A stretch of 63,413 nucleotides of DNA, counting the filler, from Folioceros fuciformis (taxonomy: Eukaryota), in the NCBI GenBank assembly GCA_049999805.1. It is 6 parts of 5 records of this genome, joined end to end, with 100 filler letters (N's around TTAATTAATTAA, not from the genome) between each part and the next. Parts side by side here need not be neighbours in the genome. Positions count along the whole stretch, not along the records: positions 16,056 to 39,873 come from JBNGIO010006082.1; 5 more parts are not named here. One strand, 5' to 3'. Positions 27,021 to 38,420 of this stretch are shown in pieces. A model generated the notes under the pieces. The model did no database searches, had not been told where the DNA came from, and saw nothing but the letters and a program-made list of their open reading frames with translations. Each line of letters starts with the position of its first letter. Positions within the stretch are counted from its first letter, which is position 1. A program made the position numbers and the translations under genes.

Positions 27021-27986
27021 ATGGCGATGCGGTTGCGGAGGTCGATGGCGATGGCGGTCGGGCTGGTGCCGTTGCTGGTGTGCTTGTTTTTTGCGGCATG
27101 CTCGGCAAGCGTGGGGATGGAGGTATCGGTGATCGTGAAGGGGGAGGAGTCGTCGATGTCGAACCCGGGGATCAGGCAGGTGGTGGCGGGAGTCGGAGAC
27201 GAGTCTGTGGTGCTGCCGGTAGGAAGCTCTCCGGACTACGTGTGCCAGGTGTGCATGGAACTTGCGGCGCAGGCACAGCAGGTGCTATCGGATCCCGACC
27301 TGGAGGAGGCCGCGGCGTCGTATGTGGAGGGGCATGCGTGCGGGCGGGTGCCGCAGCCGAGCCTCCGGCAGAAGTGCGTGGGAATGGTGGAGGAGTACAT
27401 GCCGAATGTTTTCGTGGCTCTCAAGAATTACGCGGACCCGGAGAGCCTGTGCGTGAGTTCAGGGTTTTGCGGCCAAAAGAAGACGGTCTTGAGGCAGAAG
27501 AAGGATCCTGATGTGTGCACCATTTGCCGCGACTTGGCTTCCGGCGCGCTTGAGTTCTTGCAGGCTAACAGGACCACGACGGACGTCGTTAGAGCTCTGC
27601 ACCAGGTGTGCAGCAAGCTGCAGGATTTGAAGCAGGAGTGCGATCTGCTCGTGGACGTTTATGCACCAGAGCTCATCCGGCGCTTGAGGGAGACCACGCC
27701 CGACGATTTCTGTCAGCAGACGAGGCTCTGTTCGGATGTGTATCTGTTGGATGCCAAGGATTGCCAGATCTGCCAGTTTGTCATCCTGGAGCTGAAGTTG
27801 AAGCTCAAGGATCCGGTCTGGCAGGACAAGCTCCTGGAGTTGCTTTCCAAGAGCTGCTCCAGGGTGCCAAACCATGTGGAGGAATGCAAGCTCATCATAC
27901 AACAATATGTTCCCTTCATTCTGGCCAACTTGGACACCATCCTGGATGGCAACACTGTTTGCACTAGGATGGGAGCCTGTCCGTAG
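27021..27986 (+). CDS. Prosaposin-like protein, signal peptide plus three saposin-B domains, intronless
   Basis: Hydrophobic N-terminus, then three 6-Cys SapB units: CQVC...PESLCVSSGFC; CTIC...PDDFCQQTRLC; CQIC...GNTVCTRMGAC. Confidence 0.9.
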   Translation: MAMRLRRSMAMAVGLVPLLVCLFFAACSASVGMEVSVIVKGEESSMSNPGIRQVVAGVGDESVVLPVGSSPDYVCQVCMELAAQAQQVLSDPDLEEAAASYVEGHACGRVPQPSLRQKCVGMVEEYMPNVFVALKNYADPESLCVSSGFCGQKKTVLRQKKDPDVCTICRDLASGALEFLQANRTTTDVVRALHQVCSKLQDLKQECDLLVDVYAPELIRRLRETTPDDFCQQTRLCSDVYLLDAKDCQICQFVILELKLKLKDPVWQDKLLELLSKSCSRVPNHVEECKLIIQQYVPFILANLDTILDGNTVCTRMGACP

Positions 27987-28440
27987 ATATGGTCTTGTAG
28001 ATGGATTTCTCTGATGCGCCGGGGCTTTGCCGCTGGCGGATAATGTCATTTGTTTGCACATGGGTCAGATGGTGTATAAGCCGTTTCTGTGTCGGTCTGT
28101 TACCAGCCTTTACTGACTCGGCTTATGCATCATCTCATTCTGTGGTAGAAGATATAGGCTAGGGATGAAGGTGTGTGCTTGATTGATATGACGTTAGTCA
28201 CTCTTGCATAGGATGGTATTTCCTATTGCGTAGGAAAGTCAAGAGATATAGTAGGATATGTGTGTTGTCTGCTTTTCTGTGAAAAAACGAGCCTTTGTTG
28301 CTGTTGCTTCTCACGTTCTTCTGTACTGTGTTCCCTTGCGTGAAAATACCGTTAGAGTGCTGAGTTTGATCTCGGGTCGGACACACTGCTCGCAAGTAAG
28401 GTGAATCATGCAAACGGCAGTCCCTCCTTCGAGGCAAACA

Positions 28441-31400
28441 TCAGATTACTTTCAACGTTTGAGTTTTCTTCAGCTCCATGTCTACAGTACGCAGCAGCTC
28501 CTCCAGTTCTTTGTCAGGACAGTCTCCCACTTGGAAAGTGTGTTTGTGGTGGCGATGCACAATCCATGTCCGGCCAGGCTCCTTCCAGACACGTGCCCTG
28601 ATTCTGGAGTTCGCCACCTCGTTCGCACGTCCTATGAGTCCAGCGTCGGCGTAGATTTGGGACATGAGGACATATGCAGCAGCGTGGTTGGGTTGTAGGC
28701 GTACAGCAGAGCTGAAAGCCTGTTCTCCCATGACGATATTGCCGTGCTTCCGGCAGGCAGCCAGCAGGCACATCCATGTGGGCAGATCAGGCTGCATGGG
28801 CATGGAGGACAGAATCTCTTCCACTCTCTCAAAGGATCCTGCCCGGCCGAAGAGATCAATCATACCTACATAGTGTTGGATCTCCGGCGTGATGCCATGG
28901 TCTCTGTGCATGGATTCGAAGAACGCAACGCCTTCGTTCAAAAGGCCGGCGTGGCTGCATGCAGAGAGAAGGGAAACAAACGTGATGCTAGTTGGGTTCA
29001 CTCCCGCCAGCTGCATTTCCTGATAGCACTGTAAGGCCTCCTGAGCGAGCCCATGCTGTCCGTAGGCTGTTATCATGACAGTCCACGTGACCACATCTCT
29101 GACTTTCAGAGTCTTGAACACTTGGGTGGCGTCCTCTACGCTCCCACACTTGGCATACATGTCCACCAGGCAGTTGGTTATAACCACATCTGATTCCAGC
29201 TCTCGTTCACGAATCTGGGAGTGAAGCTGCTTTCCTTGGTGTAACGCTCCGATGCTGCCACATGCTTTCAGGAGGCTCACAAATGTGACCTGATCAGCTG
29301 GAGTGATGGCCTCCTCTTGCATCATGGAGTGGATTGCGAGTGCTTCCTGCCCAAGCCCGTGGTCACAATATCCCTTCAGCATAGCACTCCAGGAGACGAC
29401 ATCCTTTGTTCCCAGATTGTCGAATACCTTGCGTGCATCGTCTAAGCTCCCACATTTTGCGTACATTTCAACCAGACAGCTGCCAACAGCCACATCAAGT
29501 TCAAGTCTTCTTTCCTGAAATTGAGTGTGGAGCTGCTTTCCCTCATCCAATGATCCAAGGTTGGCACACGCTTTGAGGAGGCAGACAAACGTCGCATGAT
29601 CAGCTGGACTTGTACACTCGTGTTCCATAATTTTGGAAAGCGCAAGAGCTTCGTGGAATAAGCCATGGAGGACGTACCCTCCAAGCATGGCATTCCACGT
29701 TACTAAATTCTTTGCATCCAAATGATCGAATACACTTCGGGCCTTATCAAGGCTACCACACTTTGCGTACATGTCCACCAAGCAGCAACCCAGAACAACA
29801 TCTAATTCAAACCCCTTTTCCAGAACCTGGGCATGCAGTTGTTCCCCCATGTCCAGTGCTCCTATGCTGGCACATGCTTTAAGGAGGCAGACAAAGGTGA
29901 CACGATCACCTGGAGGTATGCCCTCTTGATGCATAGTGGCATAGAGATCAAGGGCGTCATCGCCCAGCCCATGCTCCACAAACCCTGCAAGCATGGCATT
30001 CCATGTTACCACACTTCTTGTGGGTAAACTGTCGAAGACCATGCGAGCATCGTCTAAGTGGCCACATTTCGAGTACATGTCCACCAGGCAACTCCCTATA
30101 ATCTCATCAGCGTCGAGTCCTCGTTCTCTAATCTGAGAATGAAACTGAATACCTTGATGCAAGGCCCCGATAGAGTTACACGCTTTAACGAGGCATACCC
30201 ATGTAATTTGGTCAGATGGAGTCAGGCCCTCGTCCTGCATCTGCGAATACAGAGCAAGAGCTTCCAGACCAAGGCCCTGCTCTACATATCCTGCAAGCAT
30301 ACAGGTCCATGTAACAACATTACGTGATGTCAAATTGTCGAACACCCTCCGAGCATCAACAAGACTTCCACATTTTGCATACATGTCGATAAGGCAGCTC
30401 CCAACAACCACATCGGCTTGCAGAGATTTCTCTTTAGCTTGAGCATGCAGCTGTTTCCCCATGTCTAAGGCTCCAAGGGCCGCACATGCTTTGAGCAAGC
30501 AAATCAGCGTGACACGATCAGCTGGAATTATAGCCTCCTTCTGCATATCAGCATACAAAGCAAGGGTTTCCTGACCAAGCCCTTGCTGGGCATATCCTGC
30601 AAGCATGGCAGTCCATGTTACCACATTTCTTGTTTCCAATCTGTCGAAGACGTTACGGGCGTCATCCAAACTCCCACATTTTGCATACAAGTCCACCAGG
30701 CAGCTGCCTACAAGAAGGTCAGCTTCAAGTCCTCTTTCCTGGATCTGCCTATGAAGGAACTTTCCTTCTTGCAACTTTCTAGTGCTCGCACATGCTTTGA
30801 GGAGACACACAAACGTAACTGGATCAGCTGGAGTAAGGCCCTCCTCCTCCATACGCCCATACAGAGCAAGCGCTTCCTGGGCAAGCCCGTTCTCAGCATA
30901 TCCCGCAAGCATGGCAGTCCATGTCACCACATTTCTAGTGGCTAAATTGTCAAAGACTCTACGGGCATCCTCTAAGCTCCCGCATTTAGCATACATGTCC
31001 ACCAAGCAGCTCCCAACAAACACATCGTGCTCAGCTGCACATCTCAAAAGGTCAGCATGCATCCTCCTGCCTGATACCAAATCAGCGGCACAGGCACATG
31101 CTTTAAGAACTGCCACGAATACATGGGTATCCGGCATCACTCTTGATTGCTGCATCTGTAAATAAAGCTTCACAGCCTGTGTGGACTGCCCATACTCCAC
31201 ATGCGCCAGTATAATGGAAGACCAGGAGTGGGCGTTTGGAGCAACCAGGTTGCGGAAGACATGTACTGCTTGCTGCAACCTTCCATTACATGCATACATG
31301 CCGATGACATGGTTGGCCAGAAATCTGTCCGACTGGTACCCATTTCTGAGAGCCAAAGCATGTACAACTTCGCCAGCGACGAGATTGCTGGACGTGCAGC

Positions 31401-31569
31401 TCTTGATGAGCCCACAGAACAGAGATGACGGAACAAAAGCTCCTCGGTGCACAAGAATGTCCAAGGCTTGTACATCCTCACTGAGCTCTCCTACATCACA
31501 AAGTTTGCCCCGGGATCTGACACGTAGTTTATCCTTAAAGTCCACGACCCTGCAACATCGAGGGTCCAT
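28441..31569 (-). CDS. PLS-class pentatricopeptide repeat protein with E1/E2/E+ tail and no DYW domain
   Basis: About 8 PLS triplets (LVDMYAKCGSL / VTWTAMLAGY / VTFVCLLKAC), then LLSACSHAGL, TWMCLLAACRKHG, AAYVLMSQIY and the PG box KEPGRTWI..HTFQVGD. The stop comes before any HxE/CxxC. Confidence 0.95.
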   Translation of the reverse strand: MDPRCCRVVDFKDKLRVRSRGKLCDVGELSEDVQALDILVHRGAFVPSSLFCGLIKSCTSSNLVAGEVVHALALRNGYQSDRFLANHVIGMYACNGRLQQAVHVFRNLVAPNAHSWSSIILAHVEYGQSTQAVKLYLQMQQSRVMPDTHVFVAVLKACACAADLVSGRRMHADLLRCAAEHDVFVGSCLVDMYAKCGSLEDARRVFDNLATRNVVTWTAMLAGYAENGLAQEALALYGRMEEEGLTPADPVTFVCLLKACASTRKLQEGKFLHRQIQERGLEADLLVGSCLVDLYAKCGSLDDARNVFDRLETRNVVTWTAMLAGYAQQGLGQETLALYADMQKEAIIPADRVTLICLLKACAALGALDMGKQLHAQAKEKSLQADVVVGSCLIDMYAKCGSLVDARRVFDNLTSRNVVTWTCMLAGYVEQGLGLEALALYSQMQDEGLTPSDQITWVCLVKACNSIGALHQGIQFHSQIRERGLDADEIIGSCLVDMYSKCGHLDDARMVFDSLPTRSVVTWNAMLAGFVEHGLGDDALDLYATMHQEGIPPGDRVTFVCLLKACASIGALDMGEQLHAQVLEKGFELDVVLGCCLVDMYAKCGSLDKARSVFDHLDAKNLVTWNAMLGGYVLHGLFHEALALSKIMEHECTSPADHATFVCLLKACANLGSLDEGKQLHTQFQERRLELDVAVGSCLVEMYAKCGSLDDARKVFDNLGTKDVVSWSAMLKGYCDHGLGQEALAIHSMMQEEAITPADQVTFVSLLKACGSIGALHQGKQLHSQIRERELESDVVITNCLVDMYAKCGSVEDATQVFKTLKVRDVVTWTVMITAYGQHGLAQEALQCYQEMQLAGVNPTSITFVSLLSACSHAGLLNEGVAFFESMHRDHGITPEIQHYVGMIDLFGRAGSFERVEEILSSMPMQPDLPTWMCLLAACRKHGNIVMGEQAFSSAVRLQPNHAAAYVLMSQIYADAGLIGRANEVANSRIRARVWKEPGRTWIVHRHHKHTFQVGDCPDKELEELLRTVDMELKKTQTLKVI

Positions 31570-32205
31570 CAAGTATAAGAAGCTTGGACCACCTCTTCCC
31601 TACCACTCGACCTACAAAGTCGTAGGAAAGTCGGAGACCCAACAACAACCAAGACAAAACAATAGAGAGATTTTGAGACCTTTTGAGTTCTAGTCCTGGC
31701 TGAGACGTTGCTCTACATGCACCAAAAGTCTTTGCTGGCTCTAGCGCACGCCGCATAGATCACCTCCCGGCAACGGTAACCCCTTGTTGCGACTTCCCCA
31801 CATTCGGAACAGTAGGAAATGCCTCCGGGGAAATGTTTGGACAGGGAGGACGGATCTAAGAGCGCTACACCGATCGAAAGGGTATGGAGGGCAAAGCCTC
31901 AATCAACCAATCCCGTCATGCGTGCTAATCTGTGCTCCGCCAGCTCCATTCATGCGAGGTTTACACAAAATTTGATTGAAACGTATGCAATGGTTTTTCA
32001 CATTACATCTTCTTTTGTGCAGTCTGAGCATCACTTTCACCCCTCTATCCACACATTATACAATGCGAACCTCCGATGGACGATGAAAATCGGAAATCAA
32101 CAACTTGGGACTCCAAAATTCAAATGTGCGACCCCGTCCGGAGATGAAGCAAGAACGAAGGCCCTCAGGCAAAGGCGTAACAAGTGGCCATTGATCTTCC
32201 ATCCT

Positions 32206-32544
32206 TCAGATGAGCTGAATCCCGTTTTCTCTCAAACTATCGATGAGGGCTTTCACCTTGCCATGGTACGACTGCTCCTTCCTCAGGACACAGCACACAG
32301 CAGGGATGTCCTTGAGCTTCAGGCGCTCAGCTAGGATGGAACCGACCTTAGTTGCCGCAGCCACATCGTGGGTTTTCAGCCCTTCAGCCAGGAACTGGTT
32401 CTTCAGTCTTTTCTCCTGCGAGCTTGCCGCCACTGAAACATGCATGGTAGGCGTGTGGATCACCTGCGCTGTCACATACTTGTTGGAGAAGTACAGGCGC
32501 AGCCTATAAGGCTTCAGATACTGCGTGATCCTTGGAGCGGACAT
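32206..32544 (-). CDS. Organellar ribosomal protein L18 (uL18) family protein, intronless
   Basis: LRLYFSNKYVTAQVIH...AASSQEK...DVAAATKVGSILAERLKLKDIPAV...YHGKVKALIDSLRENGI. Confidence 0.9.
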   Translation of the reverse strand: MSAPRITQYLKPYRLRLYFSNKYVTAQVIHTPTMHVSVAASSQEKRLKNQFLAEGLKTHDVAAATKVGSILAERLKLKDIPAVCCVLRKEQSYHGKVKALIDSLRENGIQLI

Positions 32545-32636
32545 GGGGACAAACGCCGAAAGTAGCACGAATTGCAGCCACGATTAGAATCCTTCCTTCC
32601 TTCCTCCGCGTTGTGTCCCTGTGACGAGCAGATCCG

Positions 32637-32645
32637 AAACCCTAA
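32637..32645 (+). promoter_or_regulatory. Telo-box in the shared uL18/VMA21 promoter
   Basis: Exact AAACCCTAA between divergent ATGs 232 bp apart. Confidence 0.55.
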
Positions 32646-32776
32646 TAATATCCAGAAGGCTCGCTATTAGGAACGCCCAGCTATAAGGTCACAAAGAATT
32701 TGGTAGACTCGAAGAGCATGTTGCCTGAGTGAGCAGGGTGAGTGTTGCTCAGGGCCTGCCCCAGCTCTTATTTGCC

Positions 32777-33115
32777 ATGGCTGCAAGTCAGGTCTTCGCA
32801 AGGTTTGGCCTCGCTTCCCTTGCCATGTGGGTGTTGCCGCTCTGCGTTCTCTTCGCATTCAACAATAATTGGCTACCAGGAGTTAGAGATCTCTCAACGG
32901 AAACACACACGCTGTTAAGCGGATTGCTTGCGGTACTGACAGTGAACGTAGTGATTGGGTTCTACATCTATCTGGCACTGAAAGACCCTCCAACGGCATC
33001 CGCTCCCCAGCCGGATCCAGCTTTCGAGGCGCGGACTAGGGCCAGTTTGGGATCTCCCATCTCCGCCACCAGGACGTCATCACTCCAAGCAGAAGGGGAC
33101 AAGAAATCAGAGTAG
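32777..33115 (+). CDS. VMA21: V-ATPase assembly integral membrane protein VMA21-like
   Basis: Two hydrophobic helices, LLSGLLAVLTVNVVIGFYIYLALKDP..PQPDPAF, and a C-terminal KKSE dilysine ER-retrieval signal. Confidence 0.85.
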   Translation: MAASQVFARFGLASLAMWVLPLCVLFAFNNNWLPGVRDLSTETHTLLSGLLAVLTVNVVIGFYIYLALKDPPTASAPQPDPAFEARTRASLGSPISATRTSSLQAEGDKKSE

Positions 33116-34181
33116 CCCAGTTCAGTATTGTGAGATTCATCCTTGCAGTGCGGCACTTTGGCACTTCAGACTTCTGTTTTCTTGGCCATGGTCAGCTAGG
33201 GTATCGGCGTTCACGTTTGAAGCAACTCCGACTTGGACGCCGAGCTCAGACTGCTTGTTGATTTTCATGTGGTGAATTGCCCTGTCACGTGAACAATTCC
33301 ATCGTTGATACTTGACTTCGGTTGCTCTCACTGATAATTCGCAATACGTGATGGCGAGCTTCTCTCTTTGCTCATGCAAAGATATGCTTGTCGACGATGA
33401 GTCGAGAGCGCTTTTATCTTCAACGCAGAACACAGAGCCTCTTCCCTACAACCCTTTCAACCACAAGGACCCTCCCTTTCGTGTTCTCCCCACCAGCTCT
33501 GGCCTCTCTGCTTCCATGCCCTGATGTTTGCCCTGCATCTCCTCTGCCTGCTCCCAGATGTAGACAACAGTGTTATGTAATCACAATCCTTATGAATGCG
33601 TCACACGACCCCGTCTGATGTACATTTCGACAACCACACGATACAAACTGTGCACTACACAGAAACAGTTCATCAAGAATGCACACTGTACAGCGAAGGT
33701 AGCTGTCTCTCGACCTTCCGCATTCCCTAAACTCCAACGCTGGTTCTGTCCTACGGGCGCTTTTGGTTGGAGGCCGTTTCCGAGACTAAGTCAAGTCAGA
33801 AGAGCAAAGCCACTGGTTTGCATGGCTGAGAAAAGTTTGAATTCATTCTTGCCGGAGGGTCTAGACCCGATTTCATGCAAATACGCATGCAACACAAGCT
33901 CCGTGAAGACGGAGAGCACTATCTCAGATCCTCTTCAATCTGGAGAACCGTGTGACACCCTCAAGAAGCAGCTTCACTTAACATCACAGCTTGAAGACTA
34001 TGTACTACCGATGTGAACCTTACTGAGGCCTGCAACAATCCAACATAGAGTCTGCCCCCTTCCCCCCTCACTCCAGACCGATGCATTGAGAAAAACACTG
34101 GCAAATGCTGTGCCCGTCAATTCCACGCCAAGGGGTCGGAGTCGGACATCCATTCTCTATGGCACATCTTGCTTGATCGGA

Positions 34182-34418
34182 TCACACAAAAACGCCGGTC
34201 CATAGCAGCAAAAACAAGCTTCCGAAGCCGAGGAAGAGGGACGACACGACAGCCGTGACGAGCTCCCGCTTCAAGCTCCGCATGGCCTTGGAGCTGGTGG
34301 CCTGGTAAACAAAGAAGGAGGCAGAGGAGACGATGCCGAGCGTCAGCAGCGACACCGCCAAGACGGAAAACAACACCTGCGGCACGGGGCTCGTCAGGGG
34401 TGATCCCACATCCGCCAT
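34182..34418 (-). CDS. TMEM258: Oligosaccharyltransferase subunit OST5/TMEM258, intronless
   Basis: 78 aa with two TM helices: TSPVP...[42 protein letters not shown]. Confidence 0.9.
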   Translation of the reverse strand: MADVGSPLTSPVPQVLFSVLAVSLLTLGIVSSASFFVYQATSSKAMRSLKRELVTAVVSSLFLGFGSLFLLLWTGVFV

Positions 34419-34647
34419 CGCCTTCCTCTGCTCGATCGATAGATCCGCTAGACCTCCAACCGTCCTAAATGGCTTTCAAAGCTTCACGCTCCGAAGGCAT
34501 TCACTCACAGCTCCTTTCGCCGGTTTGCCCTAAAACTCCATTCTCTGACCTGAGGGCATATAGTTATACTACCCGGTCGACGGGCAGTTGACTGGCTAAT
34601 TTGAAACCGGGAGAGAGCAGCAGTGGCAAGCTGCAGGCACGGGCGCC

Positions 34648-37600
34648 ATGGCCGTGATGCTCACCACCAGCCTCGGGGAGATGGTGGTGGATCTCTACAC
34701 CGATCTGTGCCCTGTCACCTGCAAGAATTTCCTCAAGCTTTGCAAGTACGGCACTTGTCTGCCAGCTCTGTCTGATGTGTGGTTGCAATTGTAGCTCTGA
34801 CGCAATTGGTGTGCTTTGATGGAGGACGGAAATGGGGTGTTTGTGAGAGGAGGCGTGCGTTGTGGGTGAGGGATTTTGATGGACATGGGTGCATTGTGCA
34901 GAATCAAGTACTACAACAATTGCCTCTTTCACTCGGTTCAGAAGGATTTCATTGCGCAGACTGGTGATCCTACAGGGTCTGGGACGGGTGGGGAGTCGGT
35001 GTACGCGTAAGAATCCAACCGAGAGCGTTTGAATTTGGCCTGGATTTCTTGTGCTTGGCTCATTAGCTTGGGACGTCTTGGGTTTCTGTGGCAGGCTTCT
35101 GTATGGAGAGCAAGCCAGATTCTTTGACGATGAGATTAGACCAAAACTTAAGCATGACAAGATTGGTGTGGTTGCCATGGCAAGTGGAGGGGAGAACCTC
35201 AATGCCTCGCAGGTGCTGGGTGCTGTAGGGATTGGCTACTTTTACACTTTCTAGAGTTTGTTGTACTTAACACAGGTCCATGGGGTTGCAGTTTTACATT
35301 ACAACTCGAGCAGACATCGACTATCTTGATGGCAAGCATACCGTAAGTCGCTTGCAAATTCTGGTTCTAGAGGTTACTGTCTGCTGGGATTTTGTTTTGT
35401 TTTGTTTTTTTTCTTGCTCCAGTATTGAAACTGAACTTGTGGGTAGACTTTCTGTGTAGATATTTGGAGAGATCGCGGAGGGCCTTGAGACTCTCATGCG
35501 GATCAATGAAGCTTATGTTGATGAGAAGGGCCGTCCCTACAAGAACATCAGGTTTGCTTTGGATCCTCTATTCTCTAGTTCTTGCGCAGTTTAAAGGATG
35601 GCTCACAGCTTATGCTATGACTTTGGCCACAGAGCATGGTCATGGGGTGCTTTAAGGCTCTGTGGTTTTTACACAGTTCTTGGTTGTGCGCTGGTGATCA
35701 GAGGGAAGAGAACTGAGTAGCCATGGTTCATGTTGGAAGCAGGGTAAAGCACACGTACATAGTGGATGATCCCTTCGATGATCCTCCAGAACTTGCCAGC
35801 CTGATCCCCGAAAGGTCTCCAGAGCTCAAGCCCCCGGGAGAGGTACATTTCTATCCCAAGAGCAGTATGGCTCCAAGTTCGGTCTTTTCTAGTACAAGAC
35901 AGTGAAGTGGGTTGTTGGAATCCTTTCCGTTTTTGACCCGGAGCACTGTCTGCATCAGGGAGAAGAAGTGAGACTGGAGGATGACTGGGTACCCATGGAT
36001 GAACAGCAAGACCCGGAGCAACTAGAACAATCACTACGAAGGAAAGAGGCTCATTCCCGTGCCGTTGTGCTCGAGATGGTTAGTATGGAAGCAAGGCGAG
36101 CCACAATGTATCTATTGCGGATGGTGTATGTCGGGTTCCTTGTCTTAACTTTCTTCTGGTGCATTCAGATTGGTGACATTCCTGAAGCCGATGTGAAACC
36201 TCCAGAGAATGTGCTCTTCGTTTGTAAGCTCAATCCTGTAACACAGGTAAGTTGTTCAAAGACGTGATGTTCGTCTCAAGCGTGATGCCTGTGGGTTTGA
36301 AGTATTCACTCTTATTGAGCTTGCTGCAGGACGAAGATCTTGAAATCATTTTCGCAAGATTTGGGAAAGTTGTTTCGTATGAGCCTCCTGAACCCCATGT
36401 GCTTTTTAGTCTTAGTTGGTTTGTGTCTCATTCTTGAGACCTTGCAAGATGGCATGCTGTCGATTTACCTGTGCCTATCCACTCTCATGACAGGGCTGAT
36501 ATCATCCGGGACTACAAGACAGGAGATAGCCTGTGTTATGCATTTATTGGTGAGGTTTGTGAGCACTAGCTACGAGCTCGACCTGGACCTTAGTCTCTTG
36601 TCTCACCTCTGGGTCCATTGCATTTTCCAGAGTTCGAGACACAGGAAGCCTGCGAAGCTGCCTATTTCAAGGTGAAGCCTTTCACCTATGGAAACGTCGT
36701 ATGCAACACTAACCTGTCCTGCTCCTTCGCCTGAAGTGCCTTTGCATGCAATCTACCGCACTAATCCTCATGTGGTGAATGTGCCTCCAGATGGACAACA
36801 CATTGATAGATGATCGTCGGATACACGTCGACTTCAGTCAGAGCGTGTCAAGACTGTGGTCAAGATTTCGTCGATTTGGTACCAAAGACACTGGTGAAAA
36901 TGGTGCGTCAAGCAGGGATATCGTTCTGCATTGGAGGGTGCTTTTCCATTAACTGCGCTTGCTGCTTGTTGCCTGCTGTGCTTCTTGATAGACGTTTGTT
37001 TGGGATGGAGATGGATCACCTGACCGAAACAGTTCTGCACGCTGTGTTGCAACAGGAGTAATGAATGGCAACAAGAAGGGCTGTTTCAACTGCGGGGAGA
37101 CCGGTCATCTTGCGAGAGACTGCACCAACAAGCCCAAAGCGGCTTCGGACAATCCTGGGGCACCGGAGCCCAAGAAATACGAACTGAAGGCAGAGGGAGG
37201 TCAACGAGGAAACGTCGGGAAGAGGTAGACGACATGGCAGCCCATTCAATTCACCAACACCCACTTCCTCTTTCCTGGTGGTTCCTGGTTCCTGGTTCCT
37301 TGTTCCTGGTTCCTTATTCCAATACCCTCGCCTTTGCCCCCGAAACCCGCAGGTACGACATGCTGTTCGAGGACCAGGAGCATCCAGAACCCGAGCCCAG
37401 AGCTGCCAGGAGAGACCACGCAGACAGGCCCTCACAGAAGACCCACGAAGACAAGCCTGCATCTTCAAGGAAGCACGACGGGCGGCACGAGAGCCGGCAC
37501 AGCAGTAGGGAGGAAGGCAGAGTACGGCACCGGGACAGCGACCGGGACGAGGACCAGGACAACCACTCCCGCAGGCGCCCGGGGCACCAGTCCCACCGGA

Positions 37601-38031
37601 ACGGCCATCTCCCCCGCCACCACCACCGGGACCGCGGAAGAGGCGTCTCGGACCACAGCAGGGACCGGGTCGAGGACAGCCGCGACCGCGACAGAGGCGG
37701 GGACCACCGAGACAGCCGCTCCGGGCGAGACCGAGGTCCCGGTAGCCGAGATCGCAGGAGCTGGGAGGAGAGGGAACGCCGGGAGAGAGAGCGCAAGGAG
37801 GAGGCCCGGCTGGATCAGGAGGACCGTGAAAAGGAAGCACTGGAACGGGAGATGCGAGATAAGAAACGAAAGGAGAAAGACAGCAGCGGCCAAGAGCAGG
37901 AGGAGAAGCACAAGGACAACGACGAGGTCGGTGGCAGGCGTCACGAGCGGAGCGACAGTCGAGATGCGGATCGCTCCAAGAGGCGCCACAGGGAGCATCG
38001 TCGGAATTCGGGCAGACACGAGGATTCATAA
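34648..38031 (+). CDS. CYP59: Cyclophilin-RRM-zinc knuckle protein (PPIL4 family), multi-exon
   Basis: [76 protein letters not shown]...[33 protein letters not shown]; long R/D/E-rich tail. Confidence 0.95.
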
Positions 38032-38190
38032 CAGTAGGAGCCAGGCAGCGAAGACACTGGGCAATTTCTTTCCAGTGAACTCCATTGTGAGAGGATGTTC
38101 ACTCTGGATCTTGTGCCAAGGAGGAAGGAAACACTAAGCGATGTTACTAGAGTCCATTAGGTGGATCAAACACCCACCCCCACATTCGAC

Positions 38191-38420
38191 ATGCAATTCC
38201 AAGAGTCTCTCAATCCTTGGAAACCTCACCTGTTGTTGCTAAAGCTCCCAGGTTGGACTCACTCATCTACATCTCAATAGTCCCGTAGCACCATAGGATG
38301 ATTTTGGGTTCGGAAAGTGTCAAAATGCAATTCCAAGAGTCTCTCAATCCTTCCAAAACTCACCTTTTGTTGCTAAACCTCCGGATCCACACTTATCTAC
38401 ATCTCAATTGTTCCTTAGCA
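38191..38420. repeat. Diverged direct repeat, period 134 bp
   Basis: atgcaattccaagagtctctcaatcctt at 38191 and 38325, with continuing similarity. Confidence 0.8.

Noticed and set aside
37016-38137. Several long overlapping ORFs on both strands
   Set aside because: Shadows of the GC-rich, low-complexity last exon of CYP59.
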